Below are positions 18,447-27,594 of a stretch of DNA of 29,170 bases, one piece after another; within the stretch, counting starts at the first letter, position 1, and each line of letters starts with the position of its first letter. The notes under the pieces were generated by a model that did no database searches, was not told the origin of the DNA, and saw only the letters and a program-made list of their open reading frames with translations. A program made the position numbers and the translations under genes. The stretch is from the NCBI GenBank assembly GCA_027050205.1, contig JALUCS010000109.1, forward strand, positions 1 to 29,170, read 5' to 3'. Source of the DNA: a candidate division WOR-3 bacterium. Lineage in GTDB: Bacteria; Hydrothermota; Hydrothermia; LBFQ01.

Positions 18447-18517
18447 GGCATAGATTTATTTCAACTTGCCTCTCATCCCTTCCCCGCTTACTCCCCTCCA
18501 TCCTGTCGAAATAAAAA

Positions 18518-18591
18518 CGCGCCCGGAGGGACTCGAACCCCCAACCTCCTGGTCCGTAGCCAGGTGCTCTATCCTATTGAGCTACGGGCGC
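18518..18591 (-). tRNA. tRNA-Arg(ACG)
   Basis: GCGCCCGTAGCTCAATAGGATAGAGCACCTGGCTACGGACCAGGAGGTTGGGGGTTCGAGTCCCTCCGGGCGCG folds as a cloverleaf. CCA is not encoded. Confidence 0.96.
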
Positions 18592-18625
18592 CTAACGATG
18601 AGGCGTATATTATAAGGGCGTGAAG

Positions 18626-18712
18626 CGGAGGGTGAGGGATTCGAACCCCCGGGGGGCTAACGCCCCCAGCGGATTTCAAATCCGCCGCCTTCGTCCGCTC
18701 GGCCAACCCTCC
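18626..18712 (-). tRNA. tRNA-Ser(TGA)
   Basis: GGAGGGT acceptor stem, GCGGA-TTTGAAA-TCCGC anticodon arm, long variable arm and GGTTCGAATCC. CCA is not encoded. Confidence 0.96.
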
Positions 18713-18733
18713 AGAGAAGTAATTTTAAGGACG

Positions 18734-19564
18734 TCAGCCCTCTACAGTCCTCGGGGGCGGTTTGGGTGCGTCCGGAGGCGGCGAGGCGTTGAAGTCTATC
18801 TTGTGGAAACCTGCAGTCGCCTTTTTCCGTTTAAGGCCAAAGGAGTACAGGAAGAGTTCCCTCTTCAGAAGCTGGAGGGCCATTCCGGGGTCTACACCCT
18901 TGGGACAGGCGTCAGAACAGGCCCCTACGAAGTGGCAGCGGAACACCCCAGAGACGAGGTCGGAGACAACGTCCCGGTCCACCACGTACCCCTCGTCCCT
19001 ACTATCTACGGCATACCTGTAGGCCTGTGTCAGGGCCTGCGGCCCAAGGAAATCCTCGTCCCCAGATACGACGGGGCAGGCCGACACGCACGCCCCGCAC
19101 TTTATGCAGTAGGTGAACTGGAGATACTCGTCCAACTCCTTCGGGGTCTGGAGGTACTCCCCCGTCGGATCGTTGAACTCTTCGGGGTCGGAGTAGCGGA
19201 TGATGTACGGCTTAACCTTGGCGTGCTTTTCAAAGAGGGGGAAGAGGTCGGGGACAAGGTCCTTGACGACGTTGTAGTTGTTCAGAGGCTCAACGTTCAG
19301 GACGTCTGCGTGGAGTTTGAGGATCTGGGTCTGGCACGCCAGTACGTGCTTACCGTTGACCCTCATGGCGCAGGAGCCGCACACCCCCATACGGCACGAA
19401 GCCCTGAAGGTTAGGGTGGGATCGTAGTTCTCTTTTATGTAGAAGAGACCCTCCAAGACGGTCATCCCCTTTACCACAGGGACCTTGTACTCGGACCACT
19501 TGGGGGCACCGTCCTCGGGAGAGTAGCGGAGGACCCGGAACACTACATCCTTGACTTTCTCCAT
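18734..19564 (-). CDS. sdhB: Succinate dehydrogenase/fumarate reductase iron-sulfur subunit
   Basis: CRMGVCGSC...LAC (2Fe-2S), CIKCGACVSACP (4Fe-4S) and CHFVGACSDACPKG (3Fe-4S). Confidence 0.93.
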   Translation of the reverse strand: MEKVKDVVFRVLRYSPEDGAPKWSEYKVPVVKGMTVLEGLFYIKENYDPTLTFRASCRMGVCGSCAMRVNGKHVLACQTQILKLHADVLNVEPLNNYNVVKDLVPDLFPLFEKHAKVKPYIIRYSDPEEFNDPTGEYLQTPKELDEYLQFTYCIKCGACVSACPVVSGDEDFLGPQALTQAYRYAVDSRDEGYVVDRDVVSDLVSGVFRCHFVGACSDACPKGVDPGMALQLLKRELFLYSFGLKRKKATAGFHKIDFNASPPPDAPKPPPRTVEG

Positions 19565-19658
19565 AAGGGGTTATTCTATCCCAGAAGTGCGTACGTTTCG
19601 GGTCCCCGTACGGATAGACGTATCCATCGGGAAACAGGCAACGGTAGAATCCTCCCCT

Positions 19659-21098
19659 ATGAAGCTCTACGAGTGCGTACCCAACTTCTCCGAGGGTAGG
19701 AACGAGGAGACCATAAACGCCATCAGGGAGGCCATAGAGTCGGTTCCGGACGTAAAGCTCTTGGACGTGGAGAGGGACCCGGACCACAACCGGAGCGTCT
19801 TCACCTTCGTAGGGACGGCCGAGGGAGTTTTGGACGCCGCCTTCCGGGCCATAAAGGTGGCCGTTGAGCGGATAGATATGAACAAACACCAGGGGGCGCA
19901 CCCACGGATAGGGGCGGCGGACGTCGTCCCCTTCGTCCCCCTCTTTGGCTCCACGATGGAGGAGGCCGTTCAACTCGCCCACAAACTCGCCAGGAGGGTG
20001 GCCGAGGAGCTGAACCTACCCGTCTACCTCTACGGTGAGGCCGCCCAGAAGCCCGACAGGTACGACCTCGCCAACATCCGCAAGGGGCAGTACGAGGGCC
20101 TCGCCGAGAAGATGAAGGACCCCAACTGGAAGCCCGACTACGGCCCGGACACCCCCCACCCGACGGCCGGGGCCACCGTCATCGGTGCGCGTAAGATACT
20201 GGTCGCGTACAACGTCAACCTGAACAGCCGGGACCTGAAGGCCGCCAAGAGGATAGCCCGCAGGGTAAGGGCCAAGACGGGGGGCCTCGCCTTCGTTAAG
20301 GCTCTCGGCTTTGACCTCCCCACGAAGGACATGGTCCAGGTCTCAATGAACCTCGTAGATTACGAGAGGACGCCCATCCATGCCGCCTACGAGTACGTCA
20401 AACTCTGGGCGGAGAGGTACTCCCAACCGGTGTACGAGAGCGAGATAGTGGGCCTCGTCCCCCTCAAGGCGCTGGTAGAGGTGGCCAAGTTCTACCTGAA
20501 ACTCAACGACTTCAAGGAGGACCAGATAATTGAGAGCAGGATATACGAGGGCTGGACCCTGGACCTCTACCTCTCCGACCTCGCTTCCTCCGAGGCCGTC
20601 CCCGGCGGTGGGGCAGTCTCCGCCCTCTCCCTCGCCCAGGCGGCCGCCCTCCTCTCCATGGTGGCCGGTATAGGCCTGAAGAGGAAGAAGTATAAGGAGA
20701 ACTGGGAGAAGTTCCGGGAGATAAGGGACAGGGCCAAGGCCATCCTCAAGAGGGCCAAGGACCTGATATACGAGGACACCGAGGCCTTTGAGGAGGTGAT
20801 GAAGGCCTATAAACTGCCGAAGGACGATCCGGGCCGCAAGGAGGCCATTCAGAAGGCCCTGATCAGGGCGGCGGAGGTACCCCTTGAGGTGGTCAGGCTC
20901 GCGGCCGAGGTCAAAGGTCTGGCGGACGAGCTTGAGGCCATAGCCCCCAAATCGGCCATAAGCGACGTCTACGTCTCCAGATACCAGGCCGAGGCGGCCC
21001 TGAAGGGTGCGGCCGAGAACGTGAAGATAAACCTCCAGTCCATGGAGGAAGGGGAGGAGAAGAGGAGGATAGAGGAGGAGCTGAAGGCCCTGCTTTAG
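19659..21098 (+). CDS. ftcD: Glutamate formiminotransferase / formiminotetrahydrofolate cyclodeaminase fusion
   Basis: ECVPNFSEGR, DPDHNRSV, HPRIGAADVVPFVP and QVSMNL. C-terminal cyclodeaminase domain (PGGGAVSA, AISDV). Start moved to ATG 19659. Confidence 0.95.
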   Translation: MKLYECVPNFSEGRNEETINAIREAIESVPDVKLLDVERDPDHNRSVFTFVGTAEGVLDAAFRAIKVAVERIDMNKHQGAHPRIGAADVVPFVPLFGSTMEEAVQLAHKLARRVAEELNLPVYLYGEAAQKPDRYDLANIRKGQYEGLAEKMKDPNWKPDYGPDTPHPTAGATVIGARKILVAYNVNLNSRDLKAAKRIARRVRAKTGGLAFVKALGFDLPTKDMVQVSMNLVDYERTPIHAAYEYVKLWAERYSQPVYESEIVGLVPLKALVEVAKFYLKLNDFKEDQIIESRIYEGWTLDLYLSDLASSEAVPGGGAVSALSLAQAAALLSMVAGIGLKRKKYKENWEKFREIRDRAKAILKRAKDLIYEDTEAFEEVMKAYKLPKDDPGRKEAIQKALIRAAEVPLEVVRLAAEVKGLADELEAIAPKSAISDVYVSRYQAEAALKGAAENVKINLQSMEEGEEKRRIEEELKALL

Positions 21099-21138
21099 AC
21101 GCACGTCCGGGGCGGTTTCACGCTTAGAATAGAGCATC

Positions 21139-22110
21139 TTGAAGGTAGCGGTAGTCGGAGCGACCGGTTTGGTGGGCCAGACGATGCTCCGGGTCTTAGA
21201 GGAGAAGGTGGCCCCACAGGAACCGGTGGAACTCTACCCCATAGCGACGAGGCGTTCCGCCGGTAAGAAGGTGAATTTCTTCGGCAGGGAGTACGTGGTC
21301 AGGGATATAAAGGAGGGGATACCGGAGGTGGATTTCGCCCTCTTCTCGGCGGGAGCGGAGGCTTCAAGGATGTACGCCCCGGCCTTCGTAGCCCGCGGGG
21401 CCGTGGTCATAGACAACTCCTCGGCCTACCGGATGGACCCGAAGGTACCCCTCGTCGTCCCCCAGGTCAATCCGAAGGACGCCTTCAACCACAGCGGCAT
21501 AGTAGCCAACCCCAACTGCTCCACCATCCAGATGGTTATGTTCCTCAAGCCCCTCTTGGACGCCTTCGGCGTAGAGGAAGTCCACGTCGTCACCTTCCAG
21601 GCCGTCTCCGGTGCCGGGTACAAGGGCCTCTTCGCCCTTGAGGCGGAGGAAGAGGGAGGTTTCTACGACAACACGCCCTTCGCCAAGCGTATTCACCGGA
21701 ACGTCATCCCCCAGATAGGGGAGTTCGTAGAGGGGTACTCCAAGGAGGAGTGGAAGATGATAAACGAGACCAAGAAGATACTCCACGCCGACGTCCCCGT
21801 AAATCCGACGACGGTCAGGGTACCCGTCAAGGTGGGCCACAGCGAGGCCGTCCACGTACTCCTCGGAAGCGCCCCCCCCATAGAGGACGTGTATAAGGTC
21901 TTAGAGAGGTTCCCCGGCCTCGTCCTCCTCGGTGAGGACTACGTCACCCCTGCCGACGTTGAGGGGAGGGACGAGGTCTTCGTGGGCCGCTTGAGGTTCC
22001 ACCCGGACAACCCCCGCCTCTTGAGCGCCTGGGTGGTGGCGGACAACCTCCGCAGGGGGGCGGCCACCAACGCCGTTGAGATAATGCAGCTCCTCGCGGG
22101 GAGGACGTAA
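21139..22110 (+). CDS. asd: Aspartate-semialdehyde dehydrogenase
   Basis: GATGLVG, VIDNSSAYRM, ANPNCSTIQ, RVPV..GHSE and DNLRRGAATNAV motifs. Confidence 0.96.
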   Translation: MKVAVVGATGLVGQTMLRVLEEKVAPQEPVELYPIATRRSAGKKVNFFGREYVVRDIKEGIPEVDFALFSAGAEASRMYAPAFVARGAVVIDNSSAYRMDPKVPLVVPQVNPKDAFNHSGIVANPNCSTIQMVMFLKPLLDAFGVEEVHVVTFQAVSGAGYKGLFALEAEEEGGFYDNTPFAKRIHRNVIPQIGEFVEGYSKEEWKMINETKKILHADVPVNPTTVRVPVKVGHSEAVHVLLGSAPPIEDVYKVLERFPGLVLLGEDYVTPADVEGRDEVFVGRLRFHPDNPRLLSAWVVADNLRRGAATNAVEIMQLLAGRT

Positions 22111-22838
22111 TGGAGGGGTGGAGCTGGGAGGAGTGGGTACCCCACCTTGAGGAGTTGAGGGTAAGGCTCATAAGGGCCGTCCTCGTATACCTCCTCGCCG
22201 TTGGCGTTATGTGGTTCTTCCACAGGCCCATCCTCGCCTTCATAGCCAAACCCGTGGGGAAGCTCTACCTCTTCAGCGTTCAAGACCCCTTCTTTGTGCG
22301 ACTGAAGGTCGCCCTCATCTCCGCCCTCTTCTTCACCTTCCCCTACTTCCTGTGGGAGGCATGGAGGTTCGTAGAGCCTGCCCTCTACCCTCATGAGAAG
22401 CGGGCTGCCGCCCTCGTCCTCTTGAGCGCCCTCCTCCTCTTCTACGCCGGGGCCTTTATGTCTATCTTAGTCATCGTACCGAGGGCCGTCCAGTTCCTCC
22501 TCTCCTTCTCCGAGGGCTTCACGACGATGGTAAACGCCAACCAGTACCTGGACTTCGTCTTTTGGAGTACGGTAATCTTCGGGGTCGTCTTTGAGCTGCC
22601 CGTCGCCGTCGGTATACTGGCCAAACTCGGCATAGTCAGGTCCTCCTTCCTCGCGAGGAGGCGGAGGGAGATAATCGTCGCCATCGTCGTCCTGACGGCG
22701 GTAATATCCCCCACGGTGGATATGTTCAGCCTCCTCCTGATGTCCCTTCCTTTAATCTTCCTGTTTGAGGTTAGCATATGGGTGGCGAGGGTCCTGGAGC
22801 CTAAGGGGAAGGAAAGCAAACGGGATACCCTCGTATAA
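22110..22838 (+). CDS. tatC: Twin-arginine translocase subunit TatC
   Basis: HLEELRVRL, W.FVEPALYPHEK, FELP and ISPTVD motifs with ~6 TM segments. Confidence 0.95.
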   Translation: MEGWSWEEWVPHLEELRVRLIRAVLVYLLAVGVMWFFHRPILAFIAKPVGKLYLFSVQDPFFVRLKVALISALFFTFPYFLWEAWRFVEPALYPHEKRAAALVLLSALLLFYAGAFMSILVIVPRAVQFLLSFSEGFTTMVNANQYLDFVFWSTVIFGVVFELPVAVGILAKLGIVRSSFLARRRREIIVAIVVLTAVISPTVDMFSLLLMSLPLIFLFEVSIWVARVLEPKGKESKRDTLV

Positions 22839-22846
22839 TTGCCGCC

Positions 22847-24115
22847 GTGAAGGACCTCTTGAGCGACCTCAAGTGGCGCGGGGTCATATACGACCTGACC
22901 GAAGGGGCGGAGGACTTCCTGAAGGGGGAGAGGAGTCCCGTATACGCCGGATTTGACCCCACGGGTCCCAGCCTCCACGTGGGCCACCTCCTACCCGTAA
23001 TAACCCTGATAAGGTTCTCCCGGTACGGCTTCCGCCCCATCTTCGTTATAGGGGGAGGGACGGGCTTGATAGGGGACCCCAGCGGCAAGGAGAGGGAGAG
23101 GCCCCTACTCCCGGAGGAGGAGATAGAGCGGAACGTGGAGAGTATAACCGCCCAACTTAAAGGGATAGTGGAGAGGTTTACGGACGATTACGTCGTGGTC
23201 AACAACGCCGAGTGGCTGAAGCCCCTGGGCTTCATAGAGTTCCTTAGGGACGTAGGGAAGCACTTCACGGTGAATTACATGCTCCAGAAGGAGTCCGTGA
23301 GGAGCAGGCTCGGTAGGGAGGGGGGGATATCCTTCACGGAATTTACGTACATGCTCCTGCAGGCCTACGACTTCCTGCAGCTCTACGACAGGTACGGCTG
23401 TAAGGTGCAAATAGGGGGGAGCGACCAGTGGGGCAACATAACGGCCGGCATTGAGCTCATAAGGAAGGTGCGCGGAGACAGAGCCTACGGCCTCGTCCTC
23501 CCCCTCCTGACGACGGCCTCCGGAAAGAAGTTCGGTAAGACGGAGGCGGGGACCTCCGTATGGCTGGACCCCGAACGGACCACCCCCTACCGCTTCTACC
23601 AGTTCTGGGTGAATACGGAGGACAGGGACGTGATAAGGTACCTCAAGCTCTTCACCTTCCTTGCCGAGGAGGAGATAGCGGAGTTGGAGAGGGCGGTAAG
23701 GGAGAGGCCGGAGAGGAGGGAGGCCCAGAGGAGACTGGCGGAGGAGATGACCCGCCTCGTCCACGGGGAGGAGGGCCTGAAGCGGGCAAAGAGGGCGACG
23801 GAGGTCCTGTTCGGCGGATCACTTGAGGGTATGTCTGCCGAGGACCTGTTGGACGTATTCTCGGAGGTACCCTCCGCCGAGGTGGAGGCCGACGCCTTGA
23901 GGGAAGGGATGCCGGTCGTGGACCTTCTGGTGATAGGTGGGATAGCCAAGAGTAAGGGGGAGGCGAAGCGGCTGATAAAGGGTGGAGGGGTGTATATAAA
24001 CAACGTCCGTATCTCCGACGTTGGCCAGCGTATAACCTTAGGGGATGCAATAGACGGCAAGGTGATAGTACTCCGCAGGGGGAAGCGGCACTACCGGATA
24101 CTCAAGATAGTGTGA
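22847..24115 (+). CDS. tyrS: Tyrosyl-tRNA synthetase
   Basis: GFDPTGPSLHVGH, QIGGSDQWGNI, KFGKT and a C-terminal S4 domain. Confidence 0.98.
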   Translation: MKDLLSDLKWRGVIYDLTEGAEDFLKGERSPVYAGFDPTGPSLHVGHLLPVITLIRFSRYGFRPIFVIGGGTGLIGDPSGKERERPLLPEEEIERNVESITAQLKGIVERFTDDYVVVNNAEWLKPLGFIEFLRDVGKHFTVNYMLQKESVRSRLGREGGISFTEFTYMLLQAYDFLQLYDRYGCKVQIGGSDQWGNITAGIELIRKVRGDRAYGLVLPLLTTASGKKFGKTEAGTSVWLDPERTTPYRFYQFWVNTEDRDVIRYLKLFTFLAEEEIAELERAVRERPERREAQRRLAEEMTRLVHGEEGLKRAKRATEVLFGGSLEGMSAEDLLDVFSEVPSAEVEADALREGMPVVDLLVIGGIAKSKGEAKRLIKGGGVYINNVRISDVGQRITLGDAIDGKVIVLRRGKRHYRILKIV

Positions 24116-24159
24116 AGCACCGGTTGCAACGCTGTGGAGTTTGGCTTTAAAATACCGGG

Positions 24160-25575
24160 GTGGATATGTGGAGCTTTCTGATTTCTGCTTGCGCCTGCAC
24201 GACGCCCGTGAACTTGAGCGATGATCCCCTCCAAGACCGGCCTTACCTCAACACCTGGAACCACCCAACGGAGAGGAGTACCCAGAACGTCGCCGCCTGC
24301 AACGGTAAGGTCCACGTCGCCTGGTTCAACTCCGACACCTGGTCCCACTACGGCCGCCTGTACTACAGGAGGAGCGTAGACGGTGGTAGGACGTGGGAGC
24401 CGAAGGTGGTCCTGGCGGGGCCGAGGGACTTCGGTCAGGAGCTGTGGGTGGAGTGCAGCGGAGATACCGTCGTAATCGCCTACGAGGTGGATGCGGGGGG
24501 CGGAAACGTGGATATAAAGTACCGGGTCTCCGAGGACGGGGGAGCGACGTGGGGTCCGGAGCAGAGTCCCATAACCTCCTACACCTCCTACAACCAGGAG
24601 GCCCCCTCCGTAGCTCTCAACGGCCCCGTTATGCACCTCGCCTGGGCCGACAACCGACCGGTTTTCCTCATATCCTTCTACAACGTATATTACAAGCGCA
24701 GCTCCAACCTCGGCTCCAGTTGGACGTCGGACGACCTACAGGACCTCTCCGACTCGCCCATAATAAAGGTGGACCCCGCCCGTCCCTCAAACGTCCACCT
24801 GTGGTTTATGACATACAACACCACGGAGAAGAGGGCGAAGTACAGGAGGAGTACCGACGGGGGGGCCACGTGGTCCAGTACTGTGGATATGTCCGGTCAG
24901 AACGCCGGGGGGAGCGGTTTCTACAGCCGTCCCATAGGTAGCATGGACGTGTATAACAACGTCATCTACTACATGTGGGTGGACGAGAGGTTCGGCAACA
25001 AGGAGGTCCTGTACAAGAGGTCCCTTGACGGAGGCTCAACGTGGCTGGGGCCGTCCAACCTCTCCGGCACCCCTACCAAGTCCTGGAACCCCTTCGTCAA
25101 GGCGGCCCCCACGGGTGAGGCGAGGCTGTACTGGATGGACAGCTTAGACGGGGATTGGGAGATAGTCTGCAAGATAACGACGAACTGGGGCAACAGTTGG
25201 AGTTCCCTCCAGAGGCTCACGGACAACTCCGCCCACGACGGTGCGGTGAGCGTCGCGTACGACGACGGCTACTGGCACATAGTTTGGTCCTCGGACGTCT
25301 CCGGGAACTACGAGGTGTACTACGCCACCGATCCCTGTCCAACGGGGGAGGGAGATGACCTCTCCGTCTCCGAGGGCGAGCGTACGGGTAGGGAGGAGGT
25401 GCTGGTCTCCGGCAACAGGCTCTCCCTCGTCGGTGAGGGTCGCTACGAGATATACGCCTACGACGGCCGGCTCGTCCGTAAGGGCGAGGTGAGGGGCCGC
25501 AAGGAGGTGACCTTAAAGCGGGGGGTGTGGTTCGTCAAGTTCAGGGGGAAGACCCGGAGGGTGATCGTAAGGTGA
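24160..25575 (+). CDS. Secreted BNR/Asp-box beta-propeller with T9SS-like C-terminal domain
   Basis: Asp boxes SVDGGRTW, SEDGGATW, SSNLGSSW, STDGGATW, SLDGGSTW and TTNWGNSW. Tail IYAYDGRLV...LKRGVWFVK...RVIVR. Confidence 0.85.
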   Translation: MDMWSFLISACACTTPVNLSDDPLQDRPYLNTWNHPTERSTQNVAACNGKVHVAWFNSDTWSHYGRLYYRRSVDGGRTWEPKVVLAGPRDFGQELWVECSGDTVVIAYEVDAGGGNVDIKYRVSEDGGATWGPEQSPITSYTSYNQEAPSVALNGPVMHLAWADNRPVFLISFYNVYYKRSSNLGSSWTSDDLQDLSDSPIIKVDPARPSNVHLWFMTYNTTEKRAKYRRSTDGGATWSSTVDMSGQNAGGSGFYSRPIGSMDVYNNVIYYMWVDERFGNKEVLYKRSLDGGSTWLGPSNLSGTPTKSWNPFVKAAPTGEARLYWMDSLDGDWEIVCKITTNWGNSWSSLQRLTDNSAHDGAVSVAYDDGYWHIVWSSDVSGNYEVYYATDPCPTGEGDDLSVSEGERTGREEVLVSGNRLSLVGEGRYEIYAYDGRLVRKGEVRGRKEVTLKRGVWFVKFRGKTRRVIVR

Positions 25576-26570
25576 GGCTCCTGATAGATCCTGGACACGG
25601 GGGCCGCTCCACCGGTACCCTACAGGGGACGGTACCGGAGAAAGAACTGAATCTAAGGGTTGCCCTGAAGCTGGCAGAGAGCCTAAAGGGGTGGGAGGTC
25701 CATCTAACACGGGAGGGGGACACCTACCTGTCCCTCGGTGAGAGGGTGGAGATGGTGAGGAGGATCAAACCGGATATTTTCCTTAGCATCCACCACAACG
25801 CGTACGAGGAGAAGGTACCGAGCCGCTCCGAACTGTACGCCGGGTGGGAGGTCGTATCACCATCCTACGATCTGGCCTATACCATATACGGGGAACTGAA
25901 GGCCCTTCTACCTGGAAGGACCCTGATCCCACCCCTGCCTTCCACCTACACCGTAGTGAAGGAAGGCCCCGATGTGCGCCTCCTTACGGAACTTTTCTTC
26001 GCCTCCGAGATGGACGAGAGGCTCCTTGAGGTAGAGGTGGAGGTCCTACGGAGGTCCCTTGAGAGGTTCAAGGAACTGCCGGTGGTGGAAGAGCCGGACC
26101 CACTGCGGGCTTACGGGGGATGGACGGGGAGGGCGGGGTACCGGACCACCCGATACCGGGGGCCGGAGGTGGGTGGGGAGGGGGGAGGTGCGTACGTCGT
26201 CCTTAGGGACGGTAGGGCCTTCTGGGAGGGGCTGTTCCTCGCCCGTAGGTTGGGGGCGAGGTACGTACATACAGGTATGTCCCTACAGAAGGGGGACGTT
26301 CATATAGCCCTTGAGATGACGGGACACAGTGGTATCACCCTGATACTGGACTACGGGCAACCGGAAGTCAGGTTCTACCACACCAACCGGGAGGGGAAAG
26401 AACTGGCGGAGAGGGTGGGAGAGGCCTTGGGGTACCCGGTGAGGGAGGGGAGTACCTACCTCCTGATACACCTGTACGGGCCGAGGATCCTGATAAGGTC
26501 CCGATGGGAGGAGGGGGTGGCCGAGCGTATCGCCGAGGTTATCTTACGAGGCTCTCCCTCGCCGCTTTGA
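25572..26570 (+). CDS. N-acetylmuramoyl-L-alanine amidase (Amidase_3)
   Basis: LIDPGHGG, EKELNL, LTRE.D, LSIHHNA and LTELFF motifs. GTG start overlaps the upstream stop (GTGA). Confidence 0.88.
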   Translation: MRLLIDPGHGGRSTGTLQGTVPEKELNLRVALKLAESLKGWEVHLTREGDTYLSLGERVEMVRRIKPDIFLSIHHNAYEEKVPSRSELYAGWEVVSPSYDLAYTIYGELKALLPGRTLIPPLPSTYTVVKEGPDVRLLTELFFASEMDERLLEVEVEVLRRSLERFKELPVVEEPDPLRAYGGWTGRAGYRTTRYRGPEVGGEGGGAYVVLRDGRAFWEGLFLARRLGARYVHTGMSLQKGDVHIALEMTGHSGITLILDYGQPEVRFYHTNREGKELAERVGEALGYPVREGSTYLLIHLYGPRILIRSRWEEGVAERIAEVILRGSPSPL

Positions 26571-27570
26571 GGAAGTCGTCCGGGTGGGGGTTGGCCATCA
26601 TAAGGACCCTTATACGCATATCCATCACCGTCTGGGGGATGCTGCTGTCACCTATCTCCTCCAAGACGTGGTAGAGGGTGGCACTCAACCTCTCGGCAAG
26701 GTCTATGATCGTGTTGAAAACCCCTTCAACGTCGGCCGTATAGATGCCGGAGACCTTCCCCCCCTTTACGATGGCGAGGTTGTAGAGGTCCCTACCCTTT
26801 CTCAAGGCGAAGGCGAAAGGCCTCCCAACGCCGTCTATTATGGGAAAATCGTACCTCTCATCTGCCGAGAGCTCCTCGGTGTAGGGGACGGGTTCGGTGG
26901 ATAGCAGCAACTTCTTGAAGTTCTCCATCTCCTCAAACCCCATCGTCAGATTCACCATAACCAGTACCGCCTCACCGTCCTTGTGCAGGAGGAAGGCGTT
27001 CGCGAAGGGGGTGGAATACACGACGTCCACGTCCCCGAAGTTGGAGATGAGGACGTTATAGACCTCCCTTAGGGTGTCCCCTCTGACCATCCCCAACATC
27101 CTGTCGGTGGAGGGGATATATACCCCGGTGGCGCCTATGGACAGTAGGCTCTTCGCCCAGCCCTCTATGGTGGTGACCTCGGTTATCCCTATGCTCTCCC
27201 TTATGTGGTCCTCCGACCTCTCAAGGAACTCCACCTCAACCTCCCAACCGTTCTCTGCTACGGCCCGGAGGACGGCCTTGAGTACGTTGCGGGAGTACGC
27301 CACCATATGCTCTAAGAACCTCCGCCCGTACCTATCGTAGGCGTACTTGAAGAGGTTCCCGAAGATGTTGGCGTCCACCTCCTCCCTGGTGAGGAGGCCC
27401 TCGTACCACTTCTCCCTTACGACGAAGGAGGAGGCGTAGACGGGTACCCCCTTGAGGAAGTACGCGTAGAGGAGGGGGTCCCCAAAGGTCTTACGGTACA
27501 CCTTGAGGACGCCGCTGCGTCTCTGGTCTATTATCTCGGCGATGAGATTCTTAAGGCCTTCCAACTTCAC
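26539..27570 (-). CDS. Hypothetical protein, DUF4388/PATAN-like N-terminus
   Basis: LKNLIAEIIDQRRSGVLKV...YFLKGVPVYAS resembles the DUF4388/PATAN pattern. Backbone codon usage. Confidence 0.55.
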   Translation of the reverse strand: MKLEGLKNLIAEIIDQRRSGVLKVYRKTFGDPLLYAYFLKGVPVYASSFVVREKWYEGLLTREEVDANIFGNLFKYAYDRYGRRFLEHMVAYSRNVLKAVLRAVAENGWEVEVEFLERSEDHIRESIGITEVTTIEGWAKSLLSIGATGVYIPSTDRMLGMVRGDTLREVYNVLISNFGDVDVVYSTPFANAFLLHKDGEAVLVMVNLTMGFEEMENFKKLLLSTEPVPYTEELSADERYDFPIIDGVGRPFAFALRKGRDLYNLAIVKGGKVSGIYTADVEGVFNTIIDLAERLSATLYHVLEEIGDSSIPQTVMDMRIRVLMMANPHPDDFLKAARESLVR

Positions 27571-27594
27571 CTTCTGTATATTGTACGGTGGGAA

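Noticed and set aside
18518..18712. tRNA as integration site (att) of the MTase-nuclease cassette
   Set aside because: No duplicated tRNA 3' end and no integrase were found. The duplication involves valS instead.
18620..19414. 264-aa plus-strand ORF
   Set aside because: It lies antisense to tRNA-Ser and sdhB.
19551..19658. N-terminal extension of FtcD in the ORF track (also the longer valS and amidase starts)
   Set aside because: Homology begins at MKLYECVPNFSEG with a TAGAAT box 8 nt upstream, and the extension overlaps sdhB and its promoter.
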